Source: Gammaproteobacteria bacterium (GTDB taxonomy: Bacteria > Pseudomonadota > Gammaproteobacteria > GCA-002705445 > GCA-002716945). From it: a DNA stretch of 64,000 bases. Positions 20,814-31,433 of this stretch are shown in pieces. Location: positions 414,953 to 478,952 of the forward strand of contig PBCF01000002.1 in the NCBI GenBank assembly GCA_002716945.1. Direction: 5' to 3'. Position 1 is the stretch's first letter. The number at the start of each line of letters is the position of its first letter. A program made the translations under genes and the position numbers. Below the pieces are notes generated by a model that was given only the letters and a program-made list of their open reading frames with translations, was not told the origin of the DNA and did no database searches.

Positions 20814-21367
20814 ACTTCACTAATCTCAGTATTTTTTTTAGCTATTATCTCATCACACTTAAGTATATAGCTATCAGTTAATTCTTGTATTTCTATAATA
20901 TAATCTCTTTCAAAATCTTTAGATATTTTTTTGTCTTTTTCTAAATTATTAATTGATGTGTTTGTATTTCTTCTGATATTACGTAATGTTACTTTTGTAT
21001 TTTCAGCTTCTTTTTTTACAATTTTTATGAGCTCATCTCTCCTTTCTTGTGTTAAAGGGGGTATCTTTATGTGTATGTTAAGTCCATTAACTGTAGGTGT
21101 TATACCAAGATCTGATTCATTGATTGCTTTTTCAATTGATGAAACTGCATTCTTGTCCCAGACATTTAATGATATTGTTGTCGCATCAGTAACCGATATA
21201 TTCGATAATTGTTTTATAGGCGTAAGTGTATCAAAATAATTGGCTTCAATTTGATCTAGCATACTTGGATTTGGTCTACCAGCACGTATTTTGTTTAAAC
21301 TAAGATGTAAGACATCGAGTGCTTTGTTCATTGACACTTCAGTTTCTTTTTTTAAATCCTCAAACAT
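20810..21367 (-). CDS. frr: Ribosome recycling factor.
   Basis: 185 aa with high similarity to Frr. ATGA overlap with uppS. Confidence 0.95.
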   Translation of the reverse strand: MFEDLKKETEVSMNKALDVLHLSLNKIRAGRPNPSMLDQIEANYFDTLTPIKQLSNISVTDATTISLNVWDKNAVSSIEKAINESDLGITPTVNGLNIHIKIPPLTQERRDELIKIVKKEAENTKVTLRNIRRNTNTSINNLEKDKKISKDFERDYIIEIQELTDSYILKCDEIIAKKNTEISEV

Positions 21368-21377
21368 TGGAATTAAT

Positions 21378-22259
21378 TTATTTTATTTGACTATAAACTT
21401 CTTTCGCAAAATCATCATTATTTTTTTCAATACCATCACCCAACTGATATCTATAATAGTTAACGATTCTGTTATCATTTAATATTTTCTTAAGATTTGT
21501 AGTGCTATCTTTGATAAATGGTTGATTTAATAATGTATTTTCAATAATAAATTTCTTAATTTTACCTTCTAATATATTTCTTTTGATATCTTCTTTTTTG
21601 TCTATTTTTTCTAATTCTTTTTTATATATCTCTTTTTCAGACGACAGTATTTCAGAATCAATTGTGTCTTGATCTAGTGCAATGGGATTCATAGCAACAA
21701 TCTGCATACATACATCTTTACTTAAGTTTTCATCTTTACGGTCTAATACTACCATAGCTCCTATTTTATCATTATGTACATATCCATTGATATAGTTATC
21801 AGAAGTCATTTTTACAATAAATCTTCTTATGCGTATATTCTCACCTATCTTAGAAATCAAATCAGTTCGTTGGTTATCAATTTCTTGAAATATTGAATTA
21901 CTATTAGTAACAAGTGATGAAAAATCATTGCATTCAGTATCTTCTGTAAAATCAAATGAGATAATTTTATTGCTAATATCCATAACAAAATCTTTAAAGT
22001 CATCACTTCTAGCAACAAAATCAGTTTCAGAGTTAATTTCTATAAGCATAGATTTTTTGTCTTTGTGAATAAATTGAACTGATCCTTCTGCAGCTATTCT
22101 AATTGATTTTTTATCTGCTATAACACCTTGCTCAGAACGCATTAATTTTACTGCTTCATCGACGTTACCAGAAGAAGCTTCAAGATATTTTTTACAGTCT
22201 AGCATTCCAGCGCCAGTTATATCTCTCAATTCTTTTAATGCGTCTAAATTATCACCCAT
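21378..22259 (-). CDS. tsf: Elongation factor Ts.
   Basis: 293 aa. N-terminal LRDITGAGMLDCKKYL and the duplicated EF-Ts core. Confidence 0.93.
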   Translation of the reverse strand: MGDNLDALKELRDITGAGMLDCKKYLEASSGNVDEAVKLMRSEQGVIADKKSIRIAAEGSVQFIHKDKKSMLIEINSETDFVARSDDFKDFVMDISNKIISFDFTEDTECNDFSSLVTNSNSIFQEIDNQRTDLISKIGENIRIRRFIVKMTSDNYINGYVHNDKIGAMVVLDRKDENLSKDVCMQIVAMNPIALDQDTIDSEILSSEKEIYKKELEKIDKKEDIKRNILEGKIKKFIIENTLLNQPFIKDSTTNLKKILNDNRIVNYYRYQLGDGIEKNNDDFAKEVYSQIK

Positions 22260-22260
22260 C

Positions 22261-23103
22261 TTATGTACTCTTGTCCTTTGAAATAGAAGTTGCTTCTTTG
22301 CTTATTTTCTTTTTTCTAGAGATTTTAGAATTATCAGATTTAGGTTGAACTTTTACAACTTGTTTCTTTTTGATTGATTTTGATGTTGATTTATTTGTTT
22401 GATTTTCAGATGGTTTTTGAATTGCATTTTTATTTTTTATAATTAAATTAGCAATATTTTTAACAAACAGTTCAATAGATGACATTGAGTCATCATTACC
22501 AGGAATTATATATTCTACACCTTCAAATGAATTGTTGCTGTCAACGATTGCAATAACTGGTATATTTAATTTATTAGCTTCTTGTATAGCTATTTTTTCA
22601 TATCTTGTGTCAACAACAAATAACGCATCAGGTAATTTTTGTAGATCTTTAATCCCAAATAAATTTTTATCCAATTTAGCTATTTGTTTTTTTATTCTTA
22701 ATGATTCTTTCTTTGTAATTTTTTCACTTTGTGTTGATGCGATATTACTTTTTAAGCCATCTAATTTAGCAATAGATTTTTTAACTGTATTAAAATTTGT
22801 TAACATTCCGCCCAACCATCTACTAGTGACATATGGCATATTTGCATTTGTTGCGTATTTCTCAATTATCAATCTAGCTGCTCTTTTTGTTCCTACAAAT
22901 AATATAGTTGAATTTGCAGTAATTAATTTTTCTATAAATTTTTGTGCTTCGTTGTAATACGTGACGCTTTTTTCTAGGTTAATTATGTGAAGTTTTTTGT
23001 ACGTAGTATAAATGAACGGGCGCATTTTTGGGTTCCAATATTTAGATTGATGTCCAAAATGAACCCCTGCATCAATCATCTCTCTTATTGATATATTTGA
23101 CAT
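22261..23103 (-). CDS. rpsB: 30S ribosomal protein S2, with a lysine-rich C-terminal extension.
   Basis: N-terminal MIDAGVHFGHQSKYWNPKM. The S2 core runs to about residue 230 and is followed by about 50 aa rich in Lys and Ser. Confidence 0.95.
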   Translation of the reverse strand: MSNISIREMIDAGVHFGHQSKYWNPKMRPFIYTTYKKLHIINLEKSVTYYNEAQKFIEKLITANSTILFVGTKRAARLIIEKYATNANMPYVTSRWLGGMLTNFNTVKKSIAKLDGLKSNIASTQSEKITKKESLRIKKQIAKLDKNLFGIKDLQKLPDALFVVDTRYEKIAIQEANKLNIPVIAIVDSNNSFEGVEYIIPGNDDSMSSIELFVKNIANLIIKNKNAIQKPSENQTNKSTSKSIKKKQVVKVQPKSDNSKISRKKKISKEATSISKDKST

Positions 23104-23249
23104 ATCTTATAAACTTCTCCAATCTAACACTATTTTTTTACTCATATATTGATAATTCTGTATGTTAGAAAGTTTTTATCATATTTAATTGGATACAACA
23201 ATAAAAATCTGATAATTTGTGCTAAAAAGTGTATTTTTAAGTAATAATC

Positions 23250-24029
23250 ATGGCTAATATCAAATCTGCAAGCGAAATAGAAAAAATGAAAATCTCTGGT
23301 AATTTGGCATCTAGAGTTCTTGAAATGATAGGTGCGTATGTGAAACCTGGTATATCTACAGCTGAATTAGATCAAATATGTCATGATTACATAGTCAATG
23401 AACTTAAAGCCATTCCCTCGCCTTTGAATTATAGAGGATTCCCTAAATCAATCTGTACTTCTATTAACCATCAAGTTTGTCATGGAATACCTTCCAACGA
23501 AAAGATACTTAAAAATGGAGATATTATAAATATTGATATTACTGTTTGTAAAAATGACTTTCATGGTGATACAAGTAAGATGTTTTTTATCGGAGAACCA
23601 TCTATATTAGCTAAAAGACTTTGTCAAGTAACAAGAGAATGTATGATAAAAGCAATTCAATTGGTTAAACCAGGATTGCATGTAGGTGACATTGGCGCTG
23701 TAATACAGGAACACGCATTAAAAAATAATTTTACGGTTGTTAAAGATTACTGTGGACACGGTATTGGAAGAAATTTTCACGAGTCACCACAAATACTACA
23801 CTATGGAATAAAGAATACTGGTATTATATTGAAAGAAGGAATGACTTTTACAATAGAACCTATGATAAATTCAGGGAAAGAAGAAACTAAAGTGCTTGGA
23901 GATGGTTGGACGGTTGTAACTAGAGACCGATCTCTTTCTGCGCAATTTGAACATACAATTCTAGTAACAAAAAAAGGTCATGAAGTTCTTACCATTAGAA
24001 ATGAAGAAAATGTATCTGAATTTGAATGA
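23250..24029 (+). CDS. map: Methionine aminopeptidase type I.
   Basis: 259 aa. Metal ligands in conserved context (CHGIP, DIGAVIQEH, GHGIGRNFHE, EHTI). Divergent from rpsB as in other gammaproteobacteria. Confidence 0.95.
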   Translation: MANIKSASEIEKMKISGNLASRVLEMIGAYVKPGISTAELDQICHDYIVNELKAIPSPLNYRGFPKSICTSINHQVCHGIPSNEKILKNGDIINIDITVCKNDFHGDTSKMFFIGEPSILAKRLCQVTRECMIKAIQLVKPGLHVGDIGAVIQEHALKNNFTVVKDYCGHGIGRNFHESPQILHYGIKNTGIILKEGMTFTIEPMINSGKEETKVLGDGWTVVTRDRSLSAQFEHTILVTKKGHEVLTIRNEENVSEFE

Positions 24030-25156
24030 AAGAAAAAATAATTAATATATTAGCAGATTTAATTAAGTTGAAATCAATAACGCCAAATGATAATGGGTGT
24101 CAAGAATATATTAGTAATTATTTAAAATCATATGGTTTTGAAGAAAAAAAATTTGAATTCAATGGTGTTAGCAACACTATTCTCAAAAGAGGAAATAAAA
24201 AACCAGTACTTGGATTTGTGGGTCATACAGATGTTGTTCCAATAGGAGATGAGTCTCAATGGTCAACTAATCCTTTTATTTTAGAAGAAAAGAATAATAA
24301 GATTTTTGGTAGAGGTACCGCAGATATGAAAGGCAGCATTGCTTGTATGATGTATGCCACTGGAGAGTTCATTGCACAAAATAATAACTTTGATGGAACT
24401 TTGATTTATATTTTAACTAGTGATGAAGAAGGTGCTGCAATTGATGGAATTCAAAGATTAGTGAATGAAAATATTTTACAAAAATATGATATTGATTGTT
24501 GTTTGATTGGAGAACCAACATCAAAAGATAATATTGGCGATACAATTAAAAATGGCAGACGTGGTTCTTTGTCTGGAGAATTAATAATTGAAGGTTTACA
24601 GGGTCACATAGCATATCCGAAAAATAGTCTCAACCCAATACATCTTGCTAGTCCTGTAATTCATCAACTCATTAATGAAAAATATGATAAAGGTAATGAT
24701 TACTTTTTGCCAACTTCATTTCAAATTTCTAACATACATAGTGGTTATGGTGTTGAAAATATTATACCTGGTAAAATTAGTATAAAATTTAATTTCAGAT
24801 ATTCTACTGAAACAAATGAAAAAGAACTTATTACAAGAGTAGAGAATATATTAAACAGTTCTAAAATAAATTATACCATTGATTGGAAACATTCTGGAGA
24901 ACCCTATTTAACAACAAAAAAAGAATTTTTAGAAAAATGTCAATCAGCAATAAATAGTGTCGCAGATATCAAACCCAATATCACAACTGACGGAGGAACA
25001 TCAGATGGTAGATTTATGGCCAAAATATGTGATGAGGTTATAGAATTTGGCCTATTAAATCATTCAATACATAAAGTTGATGAACATACTACCAGTGATG
25101 ATTTGGTAATATTATCAAATATTTATAAAAAGATTCTTTCTGAGGTTTTGGGCTAA
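24026..25156 (+). CDS. dapE: Succinyl-diaminopimelate desuccinylase (M20 peptidase family).
   Basis: 376 aa. GHTDVVP, GRGTADMKG and dimerisation-domain similarity to DapE. ATGA overlap with map. Confidence 0.85.
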   Translation: MKEKIINILADLIKLKSITPNDNGCQEYISNYLKSYGFEEKKFEFNGVSNTILKRGNKKPVLGFVGHTDVVPIGDESQWSTNPFILEEKNNKIFGRGTADMKGSIACMMYATGEFIAQNNNFDGTLIYILTSDEEGAAIDGIQRLVNENILQKYDIDCCLIGEPTSKDNIGDTIKNGRRGSLSGELIIEGLQGHIAYPKNSLNPIHLASPVIHQLINEKYDKGNDYFLPTSFQISNIHSGYGVENIIPGKISIKFNFRYSTETNEKELITRVENILNSSKINYTIDWKHSGEPYLTTKKEFLEKCQSAINSVADIKPNITTDGGTSDGRFMAKICDEVIEFGLLNHSIHKVDEHTTSDDLVILSNIYKKILSEVLG

Positions 25157-26733
25157 AAAAATGAAGATTCGATTAAATTTTTTGTATACTCTGTCTTAGG
25201 GTTATCAAAAATATTTTCAGTTTCATTAGATTCAATTATTCTTGATTCTTTTAATACATAGATCCTATGAGAGATCGATCTAATTACTTTTAAGTCATGA
25301 CTAATAAAGCAATAGCTAATGGAATATTTTTTTTGTAGATTAGCCAATAACTCTAATATGTTTTTTTGTACTAAAACATCTAAAGCACTTGTAGGTTCGT
25401 CCAATATTATTAATTTTGGTTTTAATGATAACGCCCTAGCTATTGCAATTCTTTGTCTTTGTCCTCCAGAAAACTGGTGTGGATATCTAGATAACATATT
25501 TTTATCCAAGCCAACTTCTTGCATTAACTCATCACAAATTTTAGTAATATCATGGTTAGATAAATTTTCCTTAAATGATTTTAATCCCTCTGATAATATT
25601 TCCTTGATAGACAACCTTGGAGATAGCGATGAATATGGATCTTGAAATACAATTTGAAAATTTTTCCTATTTTGTCTTAATTCAATATTATTTAGATTTT
25701 TTAAATTTTTATTATTTAAAGATATATTTCCTTCATAATCTAATAATTGTAAAATAGATAATGCTAGAGTTGTCTTCCCTGATCCTGATTCACCAACTAT
25801 ACCAACAGTCTCACCTTCTTTAATATCAAGACAAATATCTTGAAGAGCATTAAAATATTCTCGTTTATTTTTAAAAAAACTATTTTTCATTAAAAATTTA
25901 CAATTGAGATTTTCTATCTTTAAAAGATTTTTTGTATTAATTTTATTCTGTACTATTTTTTTTGGTCTACTAGAAATTAATTCTTTTGTATACTCATGAG
26001 TCGGATTATTAAAAATTGTGTTACTTTGCCCATATTCAACATTTCTGCCATTATTTAATATCAAAATATTATCAGCATAATGTCTTACTAGATCAAGATC
26101 ATGTGATATTAATATTAATGACATATTATTTTCATCCTTAAGTGTTTTTAGTAGATTTAAAATTTGACCTTGCAATGTTACATCCAAAGCAGTAGTTGGT
26201 TCATCTGCTATTAATATATCTGGATTGCAAACAAGTGACATAGCTATCATAACTCTTTGTCTCTGTCCTCCTGATAACATATGTGGATAACTATTAGAAA
26301 CTTTCTTATATTCGTCTAATCCGCTCTTAATAAGGATAGATTCTGTGAGTTCATTAATTATATCAGTGTCTTTTGTTACATGTAATTTAATAACTTCATG
26401 AATTTGGGATCGTATTGTTTGCACAGGATTAAGAGATAGCATTGGTTCTTGAAAAATCATAGAAATCTTATTTCCTCTAATTGATTGCAATTTAGGTTCG
26501 TCATACTCGTAGATATTTTCATTCTTAAAAATTATATGATTGGCATGAAGTGAGAAAATATCAGTATCTAATAGCTGCGTTATTGAAAGTCCTGTTAGAG
26601 TTTTTCCTGATCCAGATTCTCCAACTATACCCAAGGTTTCACCTTTTTTTAAAACAAACGAAATATTATTCAAATAAGTTTTTGTTTTTTCTTTGTTATA
26701 TATATTTAAATTATCTATTTCTAATATATTCAT
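25153..26733 (-). CDS. yejF: ABC transporter ATP-binding protein with two fused ATPase domains (peptide/microcin-type, YejF-like).
   Basis: 526 aa. Two Walker A motifs (GESGSGKT twice), two LSGGQRQR signatures, two Walker B motifs. Confidence 0.8.
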   Translation of the reverse strand: MNILEIDNLNIYNKEKTKTYLNNISFVLKKGETLGIVGESGSGKTLTGLSITQLLDTDIFSLHANHIIFKNENIYEYDEPKLQSIRGNKISMIFQEPMLSLNPVQTIRSQIHEVIKLHVTKDTDIINELTESILIKSGLDEYKKVSNSYPHMLSGGQRQRVMIAMSLVCNPDILIADEPTTALDVTLQGQILNLLKTLKDENNMSLILISHDLDLVRHYADNILILNNGRNVEYGQSNTIFNNPTHEYTKELISSRPKKIVQNKINTKNLLKIENLNCKFLMKNSFFKNKREYFNALQDICLDIKEGETVGIVGESGSGKTTLALSILQLLDYEGNISLNNKNLKNLNNIELRQNRKNFQIVFQDPYSSLSPRLSIKEILSEGLKSFKENLSNHDITKICDELMQEVGLDKNMLSRYPHQFSGGQRQRIAIARALSLKPKLIILDEPTSALDVLVQKNILELLANLQKKYSISYCFISHDLKVIRSISHRIYVLKESRIIESNETENIFDNPKTEYTKNLIESSFF

Positions 26734-27743
26734 TTCAACCTAGTATCTAGAGACTCTCTAAAACCTTCTCCAATAAAAATTAACAACATGAGCGTACCTA
26801 CAAGAACTAAAAATGTAGAAAGCGATAGCCACCAAGCTTCTATATTTTCTTTTCCTTGAGACAGTAATTCTCCTAAACTAGGTGTGTCCGGTGGCACTCC
26901 AAGTCCTAAAAAATCTAAACTTGTTAAAATTAAAATTGCACCACTTATTCTAAACGGCAAAAAAGTTATTATAGATACCATGCTATTTGGTAAAATATGT
27001 TTCAATATAATTTTTGTATCTGAAAGACCAAGTGTTCGAGCAGCAATAACATAATCCATGTTCCTGCCTTTCAAAAATTCAGCTCTAACATAATCAGACA
27101 AACTCATCCATCCAAATAGTGACAATAAAATTATTAATAATCCAATACTTGGTTCAAACAGTGATGAAAAAATAATTAGAAGATATAATTCTGGCATTGA
27201 ACCCCAGATTTCAATAAACCTTTGAAGATATAGATCTGTCCTTCCTGCAAAATAACCTTGGATTGCCCCAAAAAAAATACCGATGATAATACCTATAATT
27301 GTCAGAGCTAAAGCGAATATAACAGATAATCTAAAACCATATAATAATCTTGCCAAAACATCTCTTCCTCTATCATCTGTTCCTAAATAATTTGTCGTAG
27401 ATGGACTAGCTGGATTTGGTGTAGATTTATTTAGATTAATACTTTGATAAGAATGAGGGTTTAGTGGAAAAATTGCCCAGTTATTTTGTTCGCTAATTTT
27501 TTCTGACATAAAATAACCTTTGTAATCTGGTTCTGTTTCAAAATGGCCTCCAAATTCCTCTTCAGTGTATGATTTTATTATTGGATAATATAATTGATTA
27601 TCTATATTGAGTACTAATGGCTTATCATTACTTATAAACTCTGAAAATAGGCTAATTATAAATAATATTAAAAAAATATATAACGAATATTTACTTCTAT
27701 TGTTAGCAATAAACCGTTCCCATATTTTAGAAAAATCATTCAT
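26730..27743 (-). CDS. yejE: ABC transporter permease (YejE-like).
   Basis: 337 aa. BPD-transporter type with EAA-like loop. Operon context with yejF, yejB and yejA. Confidence 0.8.
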   Translation of the reverse strand: MNDFSKIWERFIANNRSKYSLYIFLILFIISLFSEFISNDKPLVLNIDNQLYYPIIKSYTEEEFGGHFETEPDYKGYFMSEKISEQNNWAIFPLNPHSYQSINLNKSTPNPASPSTTNYLGTDDRGRDVLARLLYGFRLSVIFALALTIIGIIIGIFFGAIQGYFAGRTDLYLQRFIEIWGSMPELYLLIIFSSLFEPSIGLLIILLSLFGWMSLSDYVRAEFLKGRNMDYVIAARTLGLSDTKIILKHILPNSMVSIITFLPFRISGAILILTSLDFLGLGVPPDTPSLGELLSQGKENIEAWWLSLSTFLVLVGTLMLLIFIGEGFRESLDTRLK

Positions 27744-27751
27744 ATATTTTC

Positions 27752-28816
27752 CTATACATTTCTTTTCTCATCTAATGAAGAAAATTTAATTCTAGGATCA
27801 ACATATACATAGCTAATATCCGTCAATAATTTTGCTATTAACCCTAATAGTGTAAATAAAAACAATGTCCCTAATACAACAGGATAATCACGATGAAGTA
27901 TAGATTCATACGATAATAATCCAATTCCATCTAGCGAAAAAATTGTTTCTATAAGTATACTCCCTGTAAAAAATGCGGAAATAAATTGTGCAGGGAAGCC
28001 TGTTAATATTGGAATCATAGCATTTTTAAATACATGTCTATAAAGTACCGAGTTTTCAGATAATCCTTTAGCTTTTGCGGTTAAGACATATTGTTTTTTG
28101 ATTTCTTCTATAAAGCTGTTTTTTGTCAACATCGTCATTATAGCAAAACTACCTATGACGGATGAAATAATAGGCAATGTCATATGCCATAAATAATCTA
28201 GTATTTTTGCTGATAATGTCATGCTATCCCAATTATCAGAAACCAATCCCCTTGTTGGAAAAACATCTAAAAAACTACCACCTCCAAGTAATACTATTAA
28301 ACTAATTCCCAATACAAAACCTGGTATTGAATATCCTATAAGAATAAGTGTGCTAGATACTAAATCAAATCTTGAACCATGAGATACTGCTTTTTTTATA
28401 CCTAGTGGTATACAAATTGAATATATTATTATAAATGACCACAAACCTAAACTAATTGAAACTGGAAGTTTATCAATTATTAATTCTGAAACTGATTGAT
28501 GGTGAAAATAACTTTGCCCTAAATTAAAAGATAAATAATTAACAATTAAATCAAAAAATCTTTCTATAAATGGTTTGTCAAAACCATAAAATTTATTCAA
28601 TTGTTCTAGCTGTTCATCGCTTAACCCACTAGATCCTCTATACAAATTTTTACTTGTTGTTCCAACTTCACCAGTAACATTTATACTATTAATCTGATTA
28701 CTTAATTGTTCTATTGGTCCTCCAGGTACGAATTGAGTTACAATAAACGTTAGAAATAATATTCCTAATAATGTTGGAATCATTAATAACAATCTTTTAA
28801 GAACATATCTATACAT
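27752..28816 (-). CDS. yejB: ABC transporter permease (YejB-like).
   Basis: 354 aa polytopic DppB/OppB-type permease. Confidence 0.8.
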   Translation of the reverse strand: MYRYVLKRLLLMIPTLLGILFLTFIVTQFVPGGPIEQLSNQINSINVTGEVGTTSKNLYRGSSGLSDEQLEQLNKFYGFDKPFIERFFDLIVNYLSFNLGQSYFHHQSVSELIIDKLPVSISLGLWSFIIIYSICIPLGIKKAVSHGSRFDLVSSTLILIGYSIPGFVLGISLIVLLGGGSFLDVFPTRGLVSDNWDSMTLSAKILDYLWHMTLPIISSVIGSFAIMTMLTKNSFIEEIKKQYVLTAKAKGLSENSVLYRHVFKNAMIPILTGFPAQFISAFFTGSILIETIFSLDGIGLLSYESILHRDYPVVLGTLFLFTLLGLIAKLLTDISYVYVDPRIKFSSLDEKRNV

Positions 28817-30600
28817 TATTTGTAGTACCAGGTTTTCAGAACATAATTAATAGGTTCATAGTATTTAGGAAGAATATTTGGCATATTAAACTTATCATAA
28901 TAAGCAACTCTATGCTTATTTATATACCAGTTAGGTAATAAAAAATACTGATTCCATAATAATCTATCAAGCAAATGTGCAGCCGTAATCATCTCATTTC
29001 TATTTGATGTGTAAATAAGTTTTTCAATTACTTTATCAATATCTTTATCAGCAATACCCGCTAAATTAAATGTCCCTTTTCTATTAGAACTTGAAGAATG
29101 AAACATGCTAATTAATTCATTTCCTGGAGATTGTGATTGTGGGTAACTCATAACCATCATATCAAAATCAAAGGTATCTACTTTTCTCTGATATAAAGAT
29201 AAATCTATGGTTCTATAATTTAGTTTTATACCTAATTTTTTTAAATTTACTGAAAATGGAGCTAAAATTCTCTCAAATCCTTTTTGAGCTAAAAGAAAAT
29301 CAAATTCTACTTTATTACCATTAGTATCATGTAAAATATTATTTTCCACATACCAGCCATTTTTATCAAATAAACTTTTAGCTTTGATAAGATTATCCCT
29401 CATTAATTTAGATGTATTTGATGTTGGTAGACTTTCTTTTGGAATAATTTTTTTCAATGGTATATTTAATTCATTTGCCAGATTGATTTCACTCAATGAA
29501 GAATGAATAGATGCAGATAACTCACTGTTGCTAAAATAGCTTTCACATCTTCGGTATTGATTATAAAATAAATTCTTATTAGACCAGTCAAAATCAAAGG
29601 CTAAAGTAATTGCTTTTCTTATATCTTTGTTTTTAAAAATATTTTTCCTTGTATTGAAAATAAATCCTTGAATTCCTGCATTATTTTGATGAACAAACTC
29701 ACGTTTAATTATATTGTTATTTAAAAAATTAGGTCCTGTATAATCTCTAGCCCATCTTTTTGAATGGTTTTCAAAAATAAGATCATATTCACCTGCTTTG
29801 AATGCTTCTAAGCCAACTGTCATGTCTTTGTAATATTTAAAAAGTATTTTGTCAAAATTATACATTCCTTTTCTTGTTGAGAAATTATTTGCCCAATAAT
29901 TTGGATTTCTACTATATAAAATATATCGACCAAATTTATAGTCTTCTATTACATATGGGCCACTTGCTATGGGGCTATCAAGTATTGTTTTATCAAATGG
30001 TTTGTTGTTTGTCCATTTTTTAGAAAATATTGGTATATCTCCTATGATCATATGTAATTCAGGATTTTTTCTCTTGAATACAAATTTAATTTCAAAAGAA
30101 CTGAGAACTTGAATTTCTTTGATATCAGCCCAATATATTTTATATTGCGGATGCGCACCTTTGCTTGTCAACATTAAATATGAGTGTTCAACATCATATG
30201 CTGTAACTGGATCGCCATTTGAAAATTTAGCATTTTTATTTAAAGTAAACGTCACAGCAAGCTTATTCTCAGCTAATTCATAATTTTCTGCTAAATGGCC
30301 ATAACTTGATGTCGGCTCATCTAGACTTCTTTCCATTAAAGTTTCAAAAACTAAATTATTTAAACCAACAGGAGCAAGGGATTTTAGTAAAAACGGATTA
30401 AGGGATTCAAAAGTCCCAAATGCAGATAATTTAATTGTTCCACCAACTTTAGCATTTGGATTTACATAATCAAAATTCAAAAAATTTTTTTCATATTTTG
30501 GCTCATATCCAATGGCCATTGAGTAATCAGCATATGAATAATGAGTTACAATAAGTCCAGTGAAAATAATAATTATATATAGTTTTAGTGTATTATTCAT
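28816..30600 (-). CDS. yejA: Periplasmic substrate-binding protein of a family-5 peptide ABC transporter (YejA-like).
   Basis: 594 aa. Signal peptide. Size and architecture of cluster-C/family-5 binding proteins. First gene of the operon. Confidence 0.75.
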   Translation of the reverse strand: MNNTLKLYIIIIFTGLIVTHYSYADYSMAIGYEPKYEKNFLNFDYVNPNAKVGGTIKLSAFGTFESLNPFLLKSLAPVGLNNLVFETLMERSLDEPTSSYGHLAENYELAENKLAVTFTLNKNAKFSNGDPVTAYDVEHSYLMLTSKGAHPQYKIYWADIKEIQVLSSFEIKFVFKRKNPELHMIIGDIPIFSKKWTNNKPFDKTILDSPIASGPYVIEDYKFGRYILYSRNPNYWANNFSTRKGMYNFDKILFKYYKDMTVGLEAFKAGEYDLIFENHSKRWARDYTGPNFLNNNIIKREFVHQNNAGIQGFIFNTRKNIFKNKDIRKAITLAFDFDWSNKNLFYNQYRRCESYFSNSELSASIHSSLSEINLANELNIPLKKIIPKESLPTSNTSKLMRDNLIKAKSLFDKNGWYVENNILHDTNGNKVEFDFLLAQKGFERILAPFSVNLKKLGIKLNYRTIDLSLYQRKVDTFDFDMMVMSYPQSQSPGNELISMFHSSSSNRKGTFNLAGIADKDIDKVIEKLIYTSNRNEMITAAHLLDRLLWNQYFLLPNWYINKHRVAYYDKFNMPNILPKYYEPINYVLKTWYYK

Positions 30601-30662
30601 TGGATTATATTAATGTTATAGTAATATGATATTCTATAAAATTAATAAATCAAAATATAAAA

Positions 30663-31433
30663 ATGAATCTAGATAATAAAAAAGCTCTAATAATAGGTAT
30701 AGCAAGTAATCGTTCCATAGCAACAGAAATTGCTAAGGTTTTGAGTGCTAATGGAGCACAACTTCTCTTAACATATCAAGGTGAAAAACTCAAAAATAGA
30801 GTTGAAGAAATAGCCAATGAAATAAATCAAAATATTGAGTGTTTTCCGTGTGATTTATCATCAGATAAGAATATTGATGATTTAGCTGCTTTTACAAAAA
30901 AAAAATGGGGTAGCCTGGACATAATAATACATTCTGCAGCTTTTGCGCCTAGAGAGCTTTTAAGTGGTGATTTTGTTGATAATATCAATAGGGATGGTTT
31001 TAATATTGCACATGAAATCAGTTCTTATTCATTTACAGCCTTAGCTAAATCCTTTAAAGGTATATTAAATACTAGTTCTTCATTAATTACACTTAGTTAT
31101 CTGGGCTCTGAAAAAGTAATACCTAATTACAATGTCATGGGTCTGGCTAAAGCTAGTCTAGAATCAAATGTAAGATATATGGCAAACTCGCTAGGAAGCA
31201 ATAATATACGAGTCAATGCAATTTCTGCTGGACCAGTCAAGACACTTGCATCAGCAGGTATTTCTGGATTTAATGAAATCCTTAAACATGTAGAGGCAAA
31301 ATCTGCTCTTAAAAGAAACATTACTTTAAATGAAATAGCTAATGTTGCGCTTTTCTTGTCTAGTGATTTATCATCTGGTATTACTGGACAAACAATTTAT
31401 GTAGATTCAGGATATAATATAAATGGATTTTAA
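30663..31433 (+). CDS. fabI: Enoyl-ACP reductase (NADH), FabI.
   Basis: 256 aa. N-terminal KALIIGIASNRSIA, catalytic Y-x6-K region, SAGPVKTLA. Confidence 0.92.
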   Translation: MNLDNKKALIIGIASNRSIATEIAKVLSANGAQLLLTYQGEKLKNRVEEIANEINQNIECFPCDLSSDKNIDDLAAFTKKKWGSLDIIIHSAAFAPRELLSGDFVDNINRDGFNIAHEISSYSFTALAKSFKGILNTSSSLITLSYLGSEKVIPNYNVMGLAKASLESNVRYMANSLGSNNIRVNAISAGPVKTLASAGISGFNEILKHVEAKSALKRNITLNEIANVALFLSSDLSSGITGQTIYVDSGYNINGF

